Both the position numbers and the translations under genes were made by a program. A DNA stretch of 38,731 bases from Gemmatimonadales bacterium (lineage in GTDB: Bacteria > Gemmatimonadota > Gemmatimonadetes > Gemmatimonadales > JACORV01): positions 1-38,731 of the forward strand of contig JBEKGT010000001.1 in NCBI GenBank assembly GCA_050012655.1, in the 5' to 3' direction. Positions 16,698-23,715 of the stretch are shown here, one piece after another; the first letter of the stretch is position 1, and each line of letters begins with the position of its first letter. A model generated the notes under the pieces. The model was not told where the DNA came from. It saw only the letters and a list, made by a program, of their open reading frames with translations, and did no database searches.

Positions 16698-17732
16698 ATG
16701 GCCACCACCGCATCGAAGCCCGCCGGCGCCCCGACCGTGCTCGCGCCCCCGCGCATCATCGGGCTCGACGAGATCCGTGCCGCGCTCCGGGACGTGGATC
16801 TCCTCCCCGGCATCGAGGCGGCGTTCGTCGCCTACTCTTCCGGCCGAGCCGTGGTGCCGCCGGTTGGGGAGCTGCTCCTCCCCGACGTCCAGGCCGACGT
16901 CCACATCAAGTACGGCTACATCGCCGGCGAACCGTACTACGTCATCAAGATCGCGTCGGGCTTCTACCAGAACCCCGAGAAGGGCCTCCCCTCGAGCAAC
17001 GGGCTGATGCTGGTCTTCCGCCGCGCCACGGGGGAGCTGGCCGCCATCCTCCTCGACGAGGGGCTCCTCACCGACCTGCGGACCGGCGCCGCGGGCGCGG
17101 TGGCCGCGAAGCACCTCGCGCCGAAGACGGTGCGCCGCATCGGCATCGTGGGATCGGGGACCCAGGCGCGCCACCAGCTCCGGATGCTCAAGGCCGTCAC
17201 GCCCTGCCGCGACGTCGTCGCCTGGGGCCGCCACCCCGACCGGCTGGCCCGCTACCGTGACGAGATGGCTGCCGAGGGATTCACGGTCGCGATCACCACG
17301 GACGTCGGTGACGTGATGGCCTCGTGCGACCTCGTCGTGACGGCCACGGCCGCGCGCGCGCCCCTCCTCCTGCGCGACCAGCTGCGCCCCGGGATGCACA
17401 TCACCGCCCTCGGCGCCGACTCGCCGGGGAAGCAGGAGCTCGATCCGCTGATCCTCCGCCGGGCGGACGTCGTCGTGGCGGACAGCATCAGCCAGTGCCT
17501 CGAGCGCGGTGAGATCGCCCACGCCGTACGCTCGCGCTGCCTGCGCCCCGACGACGTGGTGGAGCTGGGCGCCGTCATCGCCGGGACGGTCCCCGGGCGC
17601 ACGAGTGAGGACGACATCACCGTCGCCGACCTCACCGGGGTGGCGGTGCAAGACATCGAGATCGCGCGCACGGTGCTGGAGGCCGTGGAGGCCCGAGAGC
17701 CCACCCCGGAGAGGGCGGGAGACGGACCGTGA
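16698..17732 (+). CDS. Ornithine cyclodeaminase / mu-crystallin family protein
   Basis: I trimmed the ORF to ATG 16698, 9 nt after the upstream stop. It has the Rossmann segment RIGIVGSGTQARHQL and overall similarity to the OCD/mu-crystallin family (DLRTGAAGAVAAKHLA, ITALGADSPGKQELD). Confidence 0.85.
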   Translation: MATTASKPAGAPTVLAPPRIIGLDEIRAALRDVDLLPGIEAAFVAYSSGRAVVPPVGELLLPDVQADVHIKYGYIAGEPYYVIKIASGFYQNPEKGLPSSNGLMLVFRRATGELAAILLDEGLLTDLRTGAAGAVAAKHLAPKTVRRIGIVGSGTQARHQLRMLKAVTPCRDVVAWGRHPDRLARYRDEMAAEGFTVAITTDVGDVMASCDLVVTATAARAPLLLRDQLRPGMHITALGADSPGKQELDPLILRRADVVVADSISQCLERGEIAHAVRSRCLRPDDVVELGAVIAGTVPGRTSEDDITVADLTGVAVQDIEIARTVLEAVEAREPTPERAGDGP

Positions 17733-18157
17733 ACCGGCGCGAGCGGCTGGCGGTGGCGGTGGTGGCGGTGGGGGTCGCGACGGTGGTGGTCGCGCGGCGC
17801 GCCGCGCCGCCGCGGGAGATTCACTGGCAGCGAGCCGACACCGGTGCGGCCGCGCTCCCGCCACCGCCGCTCGGCGCAGCTGGCTCCGCTGCGGCGCCCG
17901 CCGGAGCGGCCCCGCGCGTCCTCCGCGTGGACAGCTCGGGATGCGCCCCCGTCGCGGAAACGCCATTCGCCGGAGTGATGTCCCTCGACTCCGTGGCGCT
18001 CACCGGCGGCATCCCGGTCGAGAACCTGATTCGGGGTCTCCATCTCCCCGATGACGTCCCGCGCTCCCGCCCGCTGAGCGAGATGATGAAGGCCTACCGC
18101 TTCACGCTTCAGGATGTGCAGCGGGTGGTCGAGGACTACCTGAAGCACTGCGAGTAG
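17729..18157 (+). CDS. Hypothetical membrane-anchored protein
   Basis: GTG at 17729 overlaps the OCD stop (GTGA). It has an N-terminal TM segment (LAVAVVAVGVATVVV), an Ala/Pro-rich linker and a C-terminal helical segment, GIPVENLIRGLHLPDDVPRSRPLSEMMKAYRFTLQDVQRVVEDYL. I could not assign a family. Confidence 0.45.
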   Translation: MNRRERLAVAVVAVGVATVVVARRAAPPREIHWQRADTGAAALPPPPLGAAGSAAAPAGAAPRVLRVDSSGCAPVAETPFAGVMSLDSVALTGGIPVENLIRGLHLPDDVPRSRPLSEMMKAYRFTLQDVQRVVEDYLKHCE

Positions 18158-18163
18158 GGCTGC

Positions 18164-19273
18164 TCAGCGCTGCACGTGCATCGGAGAGAAGCCGAGTCCG
18201 TCGGGCTCGTGCCCGACCACGAAGCGCTGCACCACAGCACGGCTCCCGAGATCGATCTCCACCACCTCCCCCAGCGCCGACAGCGCCACGTAAGCCACCG
18301 CGTTGCCGGGCGCGGCGAGGACGCCGACGGGCACCGCGCTCCGCGCGAACTGCTCGCCGAGGAGGGTCGGCACGGCCCGCGTCGTGTCGAGCGGGAAGCT
18401 CACCGTCCCGGCCGAGAGCCGCGTCGCCGCGACGAAGATGTGCAGGTCGCTCGAACGCGCCGCGATCACCAGCACGTGCCGTCCGTCGGGGGTGAACTTC
18501 ACGCGGATCGGGAAGTCGGCGCAGGGGAGCGTGGCGAGGGTGTCGAGCGACCGCGCGTCGAGGACGCTCACGGTGTTCGCCGAGCGGTTCACGGCCCATA
18601 CCTCGCGGCCGTCGGGGGAGATGGCGACGCCTTCCGTGCCCCGGCCGGTCTGGGTGATGCGCGGTGCGCCGGGGTTCCGCAGGTCGAGCTCGGAGACACT
18701 GCCGCTCCCGATGTTCCCGACGTACGCCCGCCGGCCGTCCGGGGACACCGCCACCATGTGCGACGTCTCCTGGCCGGTGGAGAGCGCCGTCCCCACCGTC
18801 CAGTGACTGACGTCCACCGGGAGCACCGCGTGCGCCGTCTCGACGGTGACCAGGACCGTCCGCCCGTCGGGCGTCCACGCGAGGCCGTGGGGCCGCTGCA
18901 CGCCCAGCTCCACCGTGCGCACGACGGCGCCGCGCAGCACGTCGATCAGCGTGAGGGTGTGCCCGGGCGTCTGCGGGTCCCCGTAGTTCGACACCACCGC
19001 CCAGCGGCCCCCCGGCGCCACCGCGACCTCGTGCGGCCCCGTCCCAGTGGGGAGCGTCGCCACCACGTGCCCCTCCGGGAGGGCGAGGAGCATGGCGGTG
19101 TTGTCGCTCTTATTGAGGACGATGAGGGTGCCGGACGGGGCCTGCGCGGCCGGCGGCGCCGCAGCCGCGAGCGTGACAAGCAGCGACAGTACCAACAAGT
19201 AGTGGGCAGACGCGCAGACGCGCAGTGGTGCGGAGTGCGTAGGAAGCCGGGACTTCTCACTCGTTCCGCGCAT
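18164..19273 (-). CDS. Secreted YncE/lactonase-like beta-propeller repeat protein
   Basis: I trimmed the ORF to ATG 19273, which gives the hydrophobic signal HYLLVLSLLVTLAAAAPPAAQA. Repeated blades are present: GPHEVAVAPGGRWAVVSN, PHGLAWTPDGRTVLVT, SHMVAVSPDGRRAYVGN, TEGVAISPDGREVWAVN, PIRVKFTPDGRHVLV and PDGLGFSP. Confidence 0.75.
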   Translation of the reverse strand: MRGTSEKSRLPTHSAPLRVCASAHYLLVLSLLVTLAAAAPPAAQAPSGTLIVLNKSDNTAMLLALPEGHVVATLPTGTGPHEVAVAPGGRWAVVSNYGDPQTPGHTLTLIDVLRGAVVRTVELGVQRPHGLAWTPDGRTVLVTVETAHAVLPVDVSHWTVGTALSTGQETSHMVAVSPDGRRAYVGNIGSGSVSELDLRNPGAPRITQTGRGTEGVAISPDGREVWAVNRSANTVSVLDARSLDTLATLPCADFPIRVKFTPDGRHVLVIAARSSDLHIFVAATRLSAGTVSFPLDTTRAVPTLLGEQFARSAVPVGVLAAPGNAVAYVALSALGEVVEIDLGSRAVVQRFVVGHEPDGLGFSPMHVQR

Positions 19274-19370
19274 CACGATGGCATCCCCATCGTCGAGGAG
19301 ACGGCCACTGACCGTTGCGGGGGCACCGTGTAGTTTGGAGCACGCGCGGGTTCTTCGGAAGGGAGCCGGC

Positions 19371-19895
19371 ATGATCTGGCCGTTCGCCCACCTCTGGGAC
19401 GGAGCGCCGACGTTCGAGGCGTTCGTGGCGGCGTCGAAGGCGCACGGTGAGCTGTGGGCCTCGGTGCGCCGGACGGCCCGCGTCCCCGACACGCTCGTCG
19501 CCGAGGCCGCTGCCCTTCGCGGAGGGTTCCGCCTCGTCGCCATCGTCGAGGACTGGTGCGGCGACGCCGGCAACACCGTCCCCGTCATCGCCGCCCTGGC
19601 GGAGCGTCTGAGCGGCACCGAACTCCGCCTCGTGTGCCGCGACGAGCACCCCGAGTTGATGGACCGCTACCTCACCGGCACGTCGCGCTCCATCCCCATC
19701 GTCGTCGTCCTCACCGACGCACTGGAGGAGCTGGGCCACTGGGGCCCGCGGCCGGCCGTGCTCCAGGCGTGGGTGATGGAGAAGAAGCGCGCCGGTGCGG
19801 GGAAGGAGCTCTACCCCGAGATCCGTCGGTGGTACGCGCAGGACAAGGGAGAGAGCACCCTGCGCGAGATCATCCAGATCATGGCAGGGGCCTAG
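19371..19895 (+). CDS. Thioredoxin-fold family protein (Thioredoxin_9-like, single-Cys WCGD motif), cytoplasmic
   Basis: ATG at 19371 has GGAAGGGAG upstream. The motif is LVAIVEDWCGDAGNTVPVIAAL. There is no signal peptide. Confidence 0.75.
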   Translation: MIWPFAHLWDGAPTFEAFVAASKAHGELWASVRRTARVPDTLVAEAAALRGGFRLVAIVEDWCGDAGNTVPVIAALAERLSGTELRLVCRDEHPELMDRYLTGTSRSIPIVVVLTDALEELGHWGPRPAVLQAWVMEKKRAGAGKELYPEIRRWYAQDKGESTLREIIQIMAGA

Positions 19896-19969
19896 CGAGC
19901 GCCTCCGCCGCGGCGATATACTCTAGAGAATCACTCATCATTCCGTCCCCATTGCAGGAGGGTGTTTCG

Positions 19970-20572
19970 ATGCGGATGCTCCCCGCCGCCGCCGTCCTGG
20001 CCGCCACGGCCCTGGTCGCGCCGGCGACGCGCGCCCATGCCCAGGCCGCTTCGGCGCCGCAGCCCCCGCTCGAAGTCGGGGCCGTCGCCCCGGACATCGT
20101 GCTGCCGGGCGCCACGCGCTTCGGCGTGCTCCAGCAGCCGGTCCGACTGACCGACTACCGCGGGAAGACGGTGGTCCTCGCGTTCTTCTTCCGCGCACGG
20201 ACGCGTGGCTGAACGATCCAACTGAACGCGTACCGTGATCAGTACGCGCAGATCTTCAGGAGCGGCCGGAACGTGGTGCTGATCGCCATCAGCGCGGATC
20301 CGGACACGATGCAGGCGGCGTGGGCGCGGGAGTCGGAGTTCCCGTTCCTCTTCGCCAGCGACACCGGCTCGGTGGTGGGGCGGCAGTACGGCGCTTTCCT
20401 CCAGCGGCCGAACCTGGTCCTCGACAACCGCAACCTCTTCGTCGTAGGGCCGGATGGCCGCATCGCCTACCGCGCGGTGCCCTTCCGCGAGGTCGACCCG
20501 ACGGCGTACACGGAACTCGGCGCCGCTATCGCGCGCCTCCTGCCGGCGGATTCGACACGGGGCGGGAACTAG
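19970..20572 (+). CDS. Secreted peroxiredoxin (AhpC/TSA-redoxin family) with an in-frame UGA (codon 81, 20210-20212) at the peroxidatic position; probable selenocysteine peroxiredoxin
   Basis: ATG at 19970 has AGGAGGG upstream. The signal peptide is MRMLPAAAVLAATALVAPATRAHAQ. Track ORFs ending at 20212 and starting at 20273 are in the same frame (20273-19454=819=3x273). The joined reading is GKTVVLAFFFRARTRG-[UGA]-TIQLNAYRDQYAQIFRSGRNVVLIAISADP. This fits the Prx PxxxTxxC spacing with UGA in place of Cys. A SECIS-like hairpin starts 10 nt downstream. Confidence 0.7.
20222..20259 (+). promoter_or_regulatory. SECIS-like RNA hairpin directly 3' of the in-frame UGA
   Basis: The structure is CUGAA-CGCGUAC-[CGUGAUCA]-GUACGCG-(CAGAUC bulge)-UUCAG. 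It has a perfect 7-bp upper stem, a 5-bp lower stem and a G-containing 8-nt apical loop. It begins 10 nt after UGA 20210-20212. Confidence 0.6.
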
Positions 20573-20649
20573 GGCATTCCCTCTTCGGGGACCCCCTTGA
20601 TCGAAGGGCCGTCCTTCCGTCCGGACACCCACAAGCGCTGAAAGACCAT

Positions 20650-20676
20650 CCCTGCCGGGAACCCGACCCGGCAGGG
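20650..20676 (+). terminator. Perfect 10-bp hairpin downstream of the peroxiredoxin gene (candidate terminator, no U-tract)
   Basis: CCCTGCCGGG (20650-20659) pairs with CCCGGCAGGG (20667-20676) around a 7-nt loop. It lies about 78 nt after the stop at 20570-20572. Confidence 0.4.
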
Positions 20677-20722
20677 AGTGTATGGTGGGTATATCCGACA
20701 TAATCGGTCCCCTTTGAGATAG

Positions 20723-20911
20723 TCAGACTCCATCTGCGACAGCGGCCAGCTCGCCTCGCTCAGCTCCGGGGGCACGGATTCCTACGGCTACGGCGGTGGT
20801 GGCATGACGGTGGGCGGGACCTTCCAGCGCGCCTTCGCCAGCCCAGGGACACACACCTATCACTGCGCCAACCACCCGGGCATGACGGGGACGATCGTCG
20901 TGACGCCCTGA
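20723..20911 (+). pseudogene. C-terminal remnant of a cupredoxin (plastocyanin/azurin-like type-1 copper protein)
   Basis: The frame ending at TGA 20909-20911 reads ...GGGGMTVGGTFQRAFASPGTHTYHCANHPGMTGTIVVTP*. It carries the C-terminal Cys-x2-His-x3-Met copper-ligand loop. It is closed upstream by TAG at 20720-20722. It lacks the N-terminal His ligand region, a signal peptide and a plausible start. Confidence 0.45.
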
Positions 20912-20953
20912 GAGTTCCCGCCTGTGAGCGAAGCGGGGCAGTGATGGATGCAC

Positions 20954-20982
20954 GACGGGCCCGGCGCGATGCCGGGCCCGTC
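20954..20982. terminator. Perfect 12-bp hairpin between convergent units (candidate bidirectional terminator)
   Basis: GACGGGCCCGGC (20954-20965) pairs with GCCGGGCCCGTC (20971-20982) around a 5-nt loop. It lies between the cupredoxin remnant end (20911) and the tlpA-like 3' end (21008). Confidence 0.5.
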
Positions 20983-21007
20983 ACGCGTCAGGCGGCGCGG
21001 GACAGCG

Positions 21008-21583
21008 TCAGCGCAGCGCGCGCGCGATCGCCGCTTCGAGGTCCTGGTCGGGGACGATGCCGGTGTACGCCACCTTTCCCTGCCGGTCGAGGAGGACGAC
21101 GTAGCTCGTGGCCGGCGTATCGAACGCGCGCACGGCGCTGCCGTTCCCGTCCCAGAGCACCCGGCCTGCCGGCAACGGATGCGCGTCCACGTGCCGCTTC
21201 ACCGACGCCCTGGTCTGGTTCACCCCCACGGCGACGACCACGAAGTCCACCTGGCTTCCGTGGCGCTGGAACGCCGCCCTCATCCGCGGCTCGAGGGCCG
21301 CGCAGTTGGTGCACCAGGTGGCCCAGAACTCGAAGAGCACCGACTTGTGCCCCCCCCCGACGAACGGCGCGAGGTCCGCGGGCCGGCCGTCGAGGTCCTC
21401 GATCGTGACCGGGTGCACGGCGGCGCCGGCGGCGAGGCCGACCTGCTCGTCCTGCGCGCGTGCCGCCCCCGGCAGCACCGTCGCCGCGAAGCACAGTGCC
21501 ACCGTGAGCAAGAGGATGCGCCCGGAGTCGCCTCTGACCTCTGACCTCTGACGACTGACGGCTGCCGGCCGCAGGCGTGTCAC
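21008..21583 (-). CDS. TlpA/ResA-like periplasmic thiol:disulfide oxidoreductase (thioredoxin fold, CxxC)
   Basis: It has the WATWCTNC active site and the hydrophobic anchor ILLLTVALCFAATVLPGAA. The proposed start is GTG 21583, which overlaps the ccdA stop (GTGA). An internal TTG or GTG near 21510 is also possible. The rest of the 406-aa track ORF overlaps ccdA out of frame. Confidence 0.8.
   Translation of the reverse strand: MTRLRPAAVSRQRSEVRGDSGRILLLTVALCFAATVLPGAARAQDEQVGLAAGAAVHPVTIEDLDGRPADLAPFVGGGHKSVLFEFWATWCTNCAALEPRMRAAFQRHGSQVDFVVVAVGVNQTRASVKRHVDAHPLPAGRVLWDGNGSAVRAFDTPATSYVVLLDRQGKVAYTGIVPDQDLEAAIARALR
21531..21558 (-). repeat. Heptanucleotide tandem repeat: (TCAGAGG)x3 perfect plus one degenerate unit (minus-strand reading)
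   Basis: The plus strand reads CCTCTGA CCTCTGA CCTCTGA CGACTGA. The repeat lies in the 5' end or leader of the tlpA-like gene. Confidence 0.6.
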
Positions 21584-22344
21584 ATCACCCTCCCCATCTG
21601 CACGAAGTAGTACTCCGCCATCCCGAGCAGGACGACGCCCGCGAGCCGCTTCACCCACACCATCCACCGCCCCGCCCGCGGCAGCGCCGCCACCGTCCCC
21701 GAGAAGAGACCGACCACCACCAGCAGCGCGGTCATACCGAGCGAGAAGACGAACAGATACGCGAACCCCAGCGCCGCGCTCCGCGTCGTCCCCACCCACG
21801 TCAGCACCGCCGCGAACGCTGGCGCGCCGCACGGCGCCGCGACGAGGCCGGAGGTGGCCCCCATCGCGAACACCCCCGCATACGATCCGCCGGCGAACCG
21901 CCCCGCCCACGCCATGAGCCGCTGCGGCGCCTCGACGGGGAAGACGTCGAGGAGTGCTAGCCCGAACACCAGCAGCAGGTTCCCGATGGCGAAGCGCGCC
22001 CACGGGTTGGCGCTCACCGTGCCGAAGAGCGAGCCCGTCATCCCCGCGAGGAGGCCGAGGGTGGCGTAGAGGAGCGCGAGACCGAGGACGTAGGTCAGCG
22101 TGAGCGCCACCCGGCGGCGCCAGGCCACCCCGCTGTCCGCCGCCTGGTCGCTCGGTGCGTCCGTGCGTCCGTGCGTCTGTGCGCCTGCGAGGATCCCGGC
22201 CGTGATCGGGATCATCGGGTAGATGCACGGCGTGAGGCTCGTCGCGAGGCCCGCGAGGAAGAGTGCGCCGAAGGCCGCGACCGGGTGGCCGGAGAGGCTC
22301 GCCGAGACCTGCGCGAGGAGGACGGTGGGTATGGCGAGGGTCAC
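21580..22344 (-). CDS. ccdA: Cytochrome c biogenesis / thiol-disulfide electron transporter CcdA (DsbD transmembrane-domain family)
   Basis: GTG start at 22344. It has about 6 TM helices and the two conserved Cys motifs, LTPCIYPMIPI and VAAPCGAPAF. Confidence 0.85.
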   Translation of the reverse strand: MTLAIPTVLLAQVSASLSGHPVAAFGALFLAGLATSLTPCIYPMIPITAGILAGAQTHGRTDAPSDQAADSGVAWRRRVALTLTYVLGLALLYATLGLLAGMTGSLFGTVSANPWARFAIGNLLLVFGLALLDVFPVEAPQRLMAWAGRFAGGSYAGVFAMGATSGLVAAPCGAPAFAAVLTWVGTTRSAALGFAYLFVFSLGMTALLVVVGLFSGTVAALPRAGRWMVWVKRLAGVVLLGMAEYYFVQMGRVM

Positions 22345-22441
22345 GCGGGCAAGCTAGCCGGGCGCGTCGCCCCGGGCCAGCGGACGCGCACGCTACGGCC
22401 GGGCCGTCGGCGCGCGGCCGGAAGCAGCGGCGTCCGCCCGC

Positions 22442-23668
22442 TCAGTATGCCAGGCTCAGCGCGGTCGTGAAGGAGACGTGCGCGTCGGGGCTCCAGCCGA
22501 CGTCGAAGCCGAAGAACGTCCCGCGTCCGATCTGGAGCAGGGCCCCGACGCCGCCGCCGGCGTGCAGGTGGTCGCTCGCGAACGTCTCGCCGCTGATCCA
22601 TACGCGCCCCACGTCGGCGAAGACGAGGAACCAGAGGCGCACCGGCGTCGTCGGCGTGACCAAGAAGTCCCAATTGCGGTAGCGCAGGTCCGCGCTGAGC
22701 AGCGCCTTGTTCGGAGCTGAGAAGCGCCCCGGCAGGGACGCGCGCAGCGTCGTCACTCCGCCGAAGCCGTCCTCCGGGCGCCAGCTGGTCATCCGCTCGT
22801 CCGCCACGTAGAAGGGGATGGCGCCGCGCGAGATCTCCACGTTCTGCCGGAACGCCAGCGACGTGAACTCGGTGATGGGGACGAACTCCCGCATGCCGAG
22901 GGCGTAGCGCGTGTAGTCGAGCCTCCCGAGTCCGCCCTTGAGCCCGCGTGCCACCAGCGCCTCGACGAAGACCCCCTTGGATGGGGACGACTCCTCGTCG
23001 CGCGTGTCGAAGAGCAGGCCGCCGCGCACCTCGAGGCCGTCCGTGGCGCCGGTGTCGAGCGGCACGCCGGCGGCGAGGTCGTCGGCCAGCTTCGAGCGGC
23101 GGCCCGCGAGCGGCAGCGCCCGATAATGCCGGAATTGCGCACCCACCAGGAGATGCAGCGGGCCCGCCAGCTGGCGGCGCACCGCGACGAGGCCCGTGGT
23201 ACGCAGGAGGGAGTAGGTCGAGTACGCCTTGCCGTACCGGCTGTCGAGCGAGTCGGCCACCGCGCTGCGGTTGCCGAGGCCGAAGTACGGCGCCCGCTGC
23301 TCGCGCACGGAGCCGGCCATCAGCAGCAGCCGCCACCCGTGCCAGCGCCCCTCCTCGTCGAAGACCAGTTGGGCGCCCCGCGTGCCGCTGGTGGAGATGA
23401 TGGCATTAGGCTCGATCGAGATGCCGACGGGGACCGGGCCCGGCGGCGACGCCTTGCGCCACCCGCCCGACAGGGACGCGCCGAGTCCTTCGAGGGCGTT
23501 GTACGAGGGGAAGGGGATGAGGTAGAAGCTCCAGTAGTCGCTGCTCGGCGCCGCCTGCGCGCGACTGGCGGCGGGGGCCGCAGTGGCAGCGAGCACGAGC
23601 GCCGCGAGTCCGAGCAGGGTCCGCGGCGCCCGGTCCATCCATCGGCTCAGGGCTTCAGCCGTCGCCAT
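22442..23668 (-). CDS. Omp85/BamA-TamA family outer-membrane beta-barrel protein (no POTRA region)
   Basis: I trimmed the ORF to ATG 23668 (alternative ATG 23638), giving the signal peptide RTLLGLAALVLAATAAPAASRAQA. The C-terminal barrel resembles the bacterial surface antigen family (LRYRNWDFL..., GGGVGALLQIGRGTFFGFDVGW) and ends in an aromatic residue (..SLAY). The longer track ORF runs into the upstream gene. Confidence 0.7.
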   Translation of the reverse strand: MATAEALSRWMDRAPRTLLGLAALVLAATAAPAASRAQAAPSSDYWSFYLIPFPSYNALEGLGASLSGGWRKASPPGPVPVGISIEPNAIISTSGTRGAQLVFDEEGRWHGWRLLLMAGSVREQRAPYFGLGNRSAVADSLDSRYGKAYSTYSLLRTTGLVAVRRQLAGPLHLLVGAQFRHYRALPLAGRRSKLADDLAAGVPLDTGATDGLEVRGGLLFDTRDEESSPSKGVFVEALVARGLKGGLGRLDYTRYALGMREFVPITEFTSLAFRQNVEISRGAIPFYVADERMTSWRPEDGFGGVTTLRASLPGRFSAPNKALLSADLRYRNWDFLVTPTTPVRLWFLVFADVGRVWISGETFASDHLHAGGGVGALLQIGRGTFFGFDVGWSPDAHVSFTTALSLAY

Positions 23669-23715
23669 GGCGAAGGCGGTGTACGGTCCGTGGGTGCGCG
23701 GTGCGCCGGTTCCCC

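Noticed and set aside
19454-19969. The N-terminal 172 codons of track ORF 19454..20212, as an extension of the peroxiredoxin.
   Set aside because: This part overlaps the thioredoxin-like gene in another frame and is Arg/Pro-rich. A good SD plus ATG at 19970, followed directly by a signal peptide, is the credible start.
20210-20212. The TGA read as a simple nonsense mutation, making the peroxiredoxin a pseudogene.
   Set aside because: I kept this as the alternative hypothesis but consider it less likely. The stop is exactly at the catalytic Cys codon, both halves remain intact and in frame, no other Cys exists, and a strong hairpin sits at the SECIS position. It cannot be excluded without the rest of the genome.
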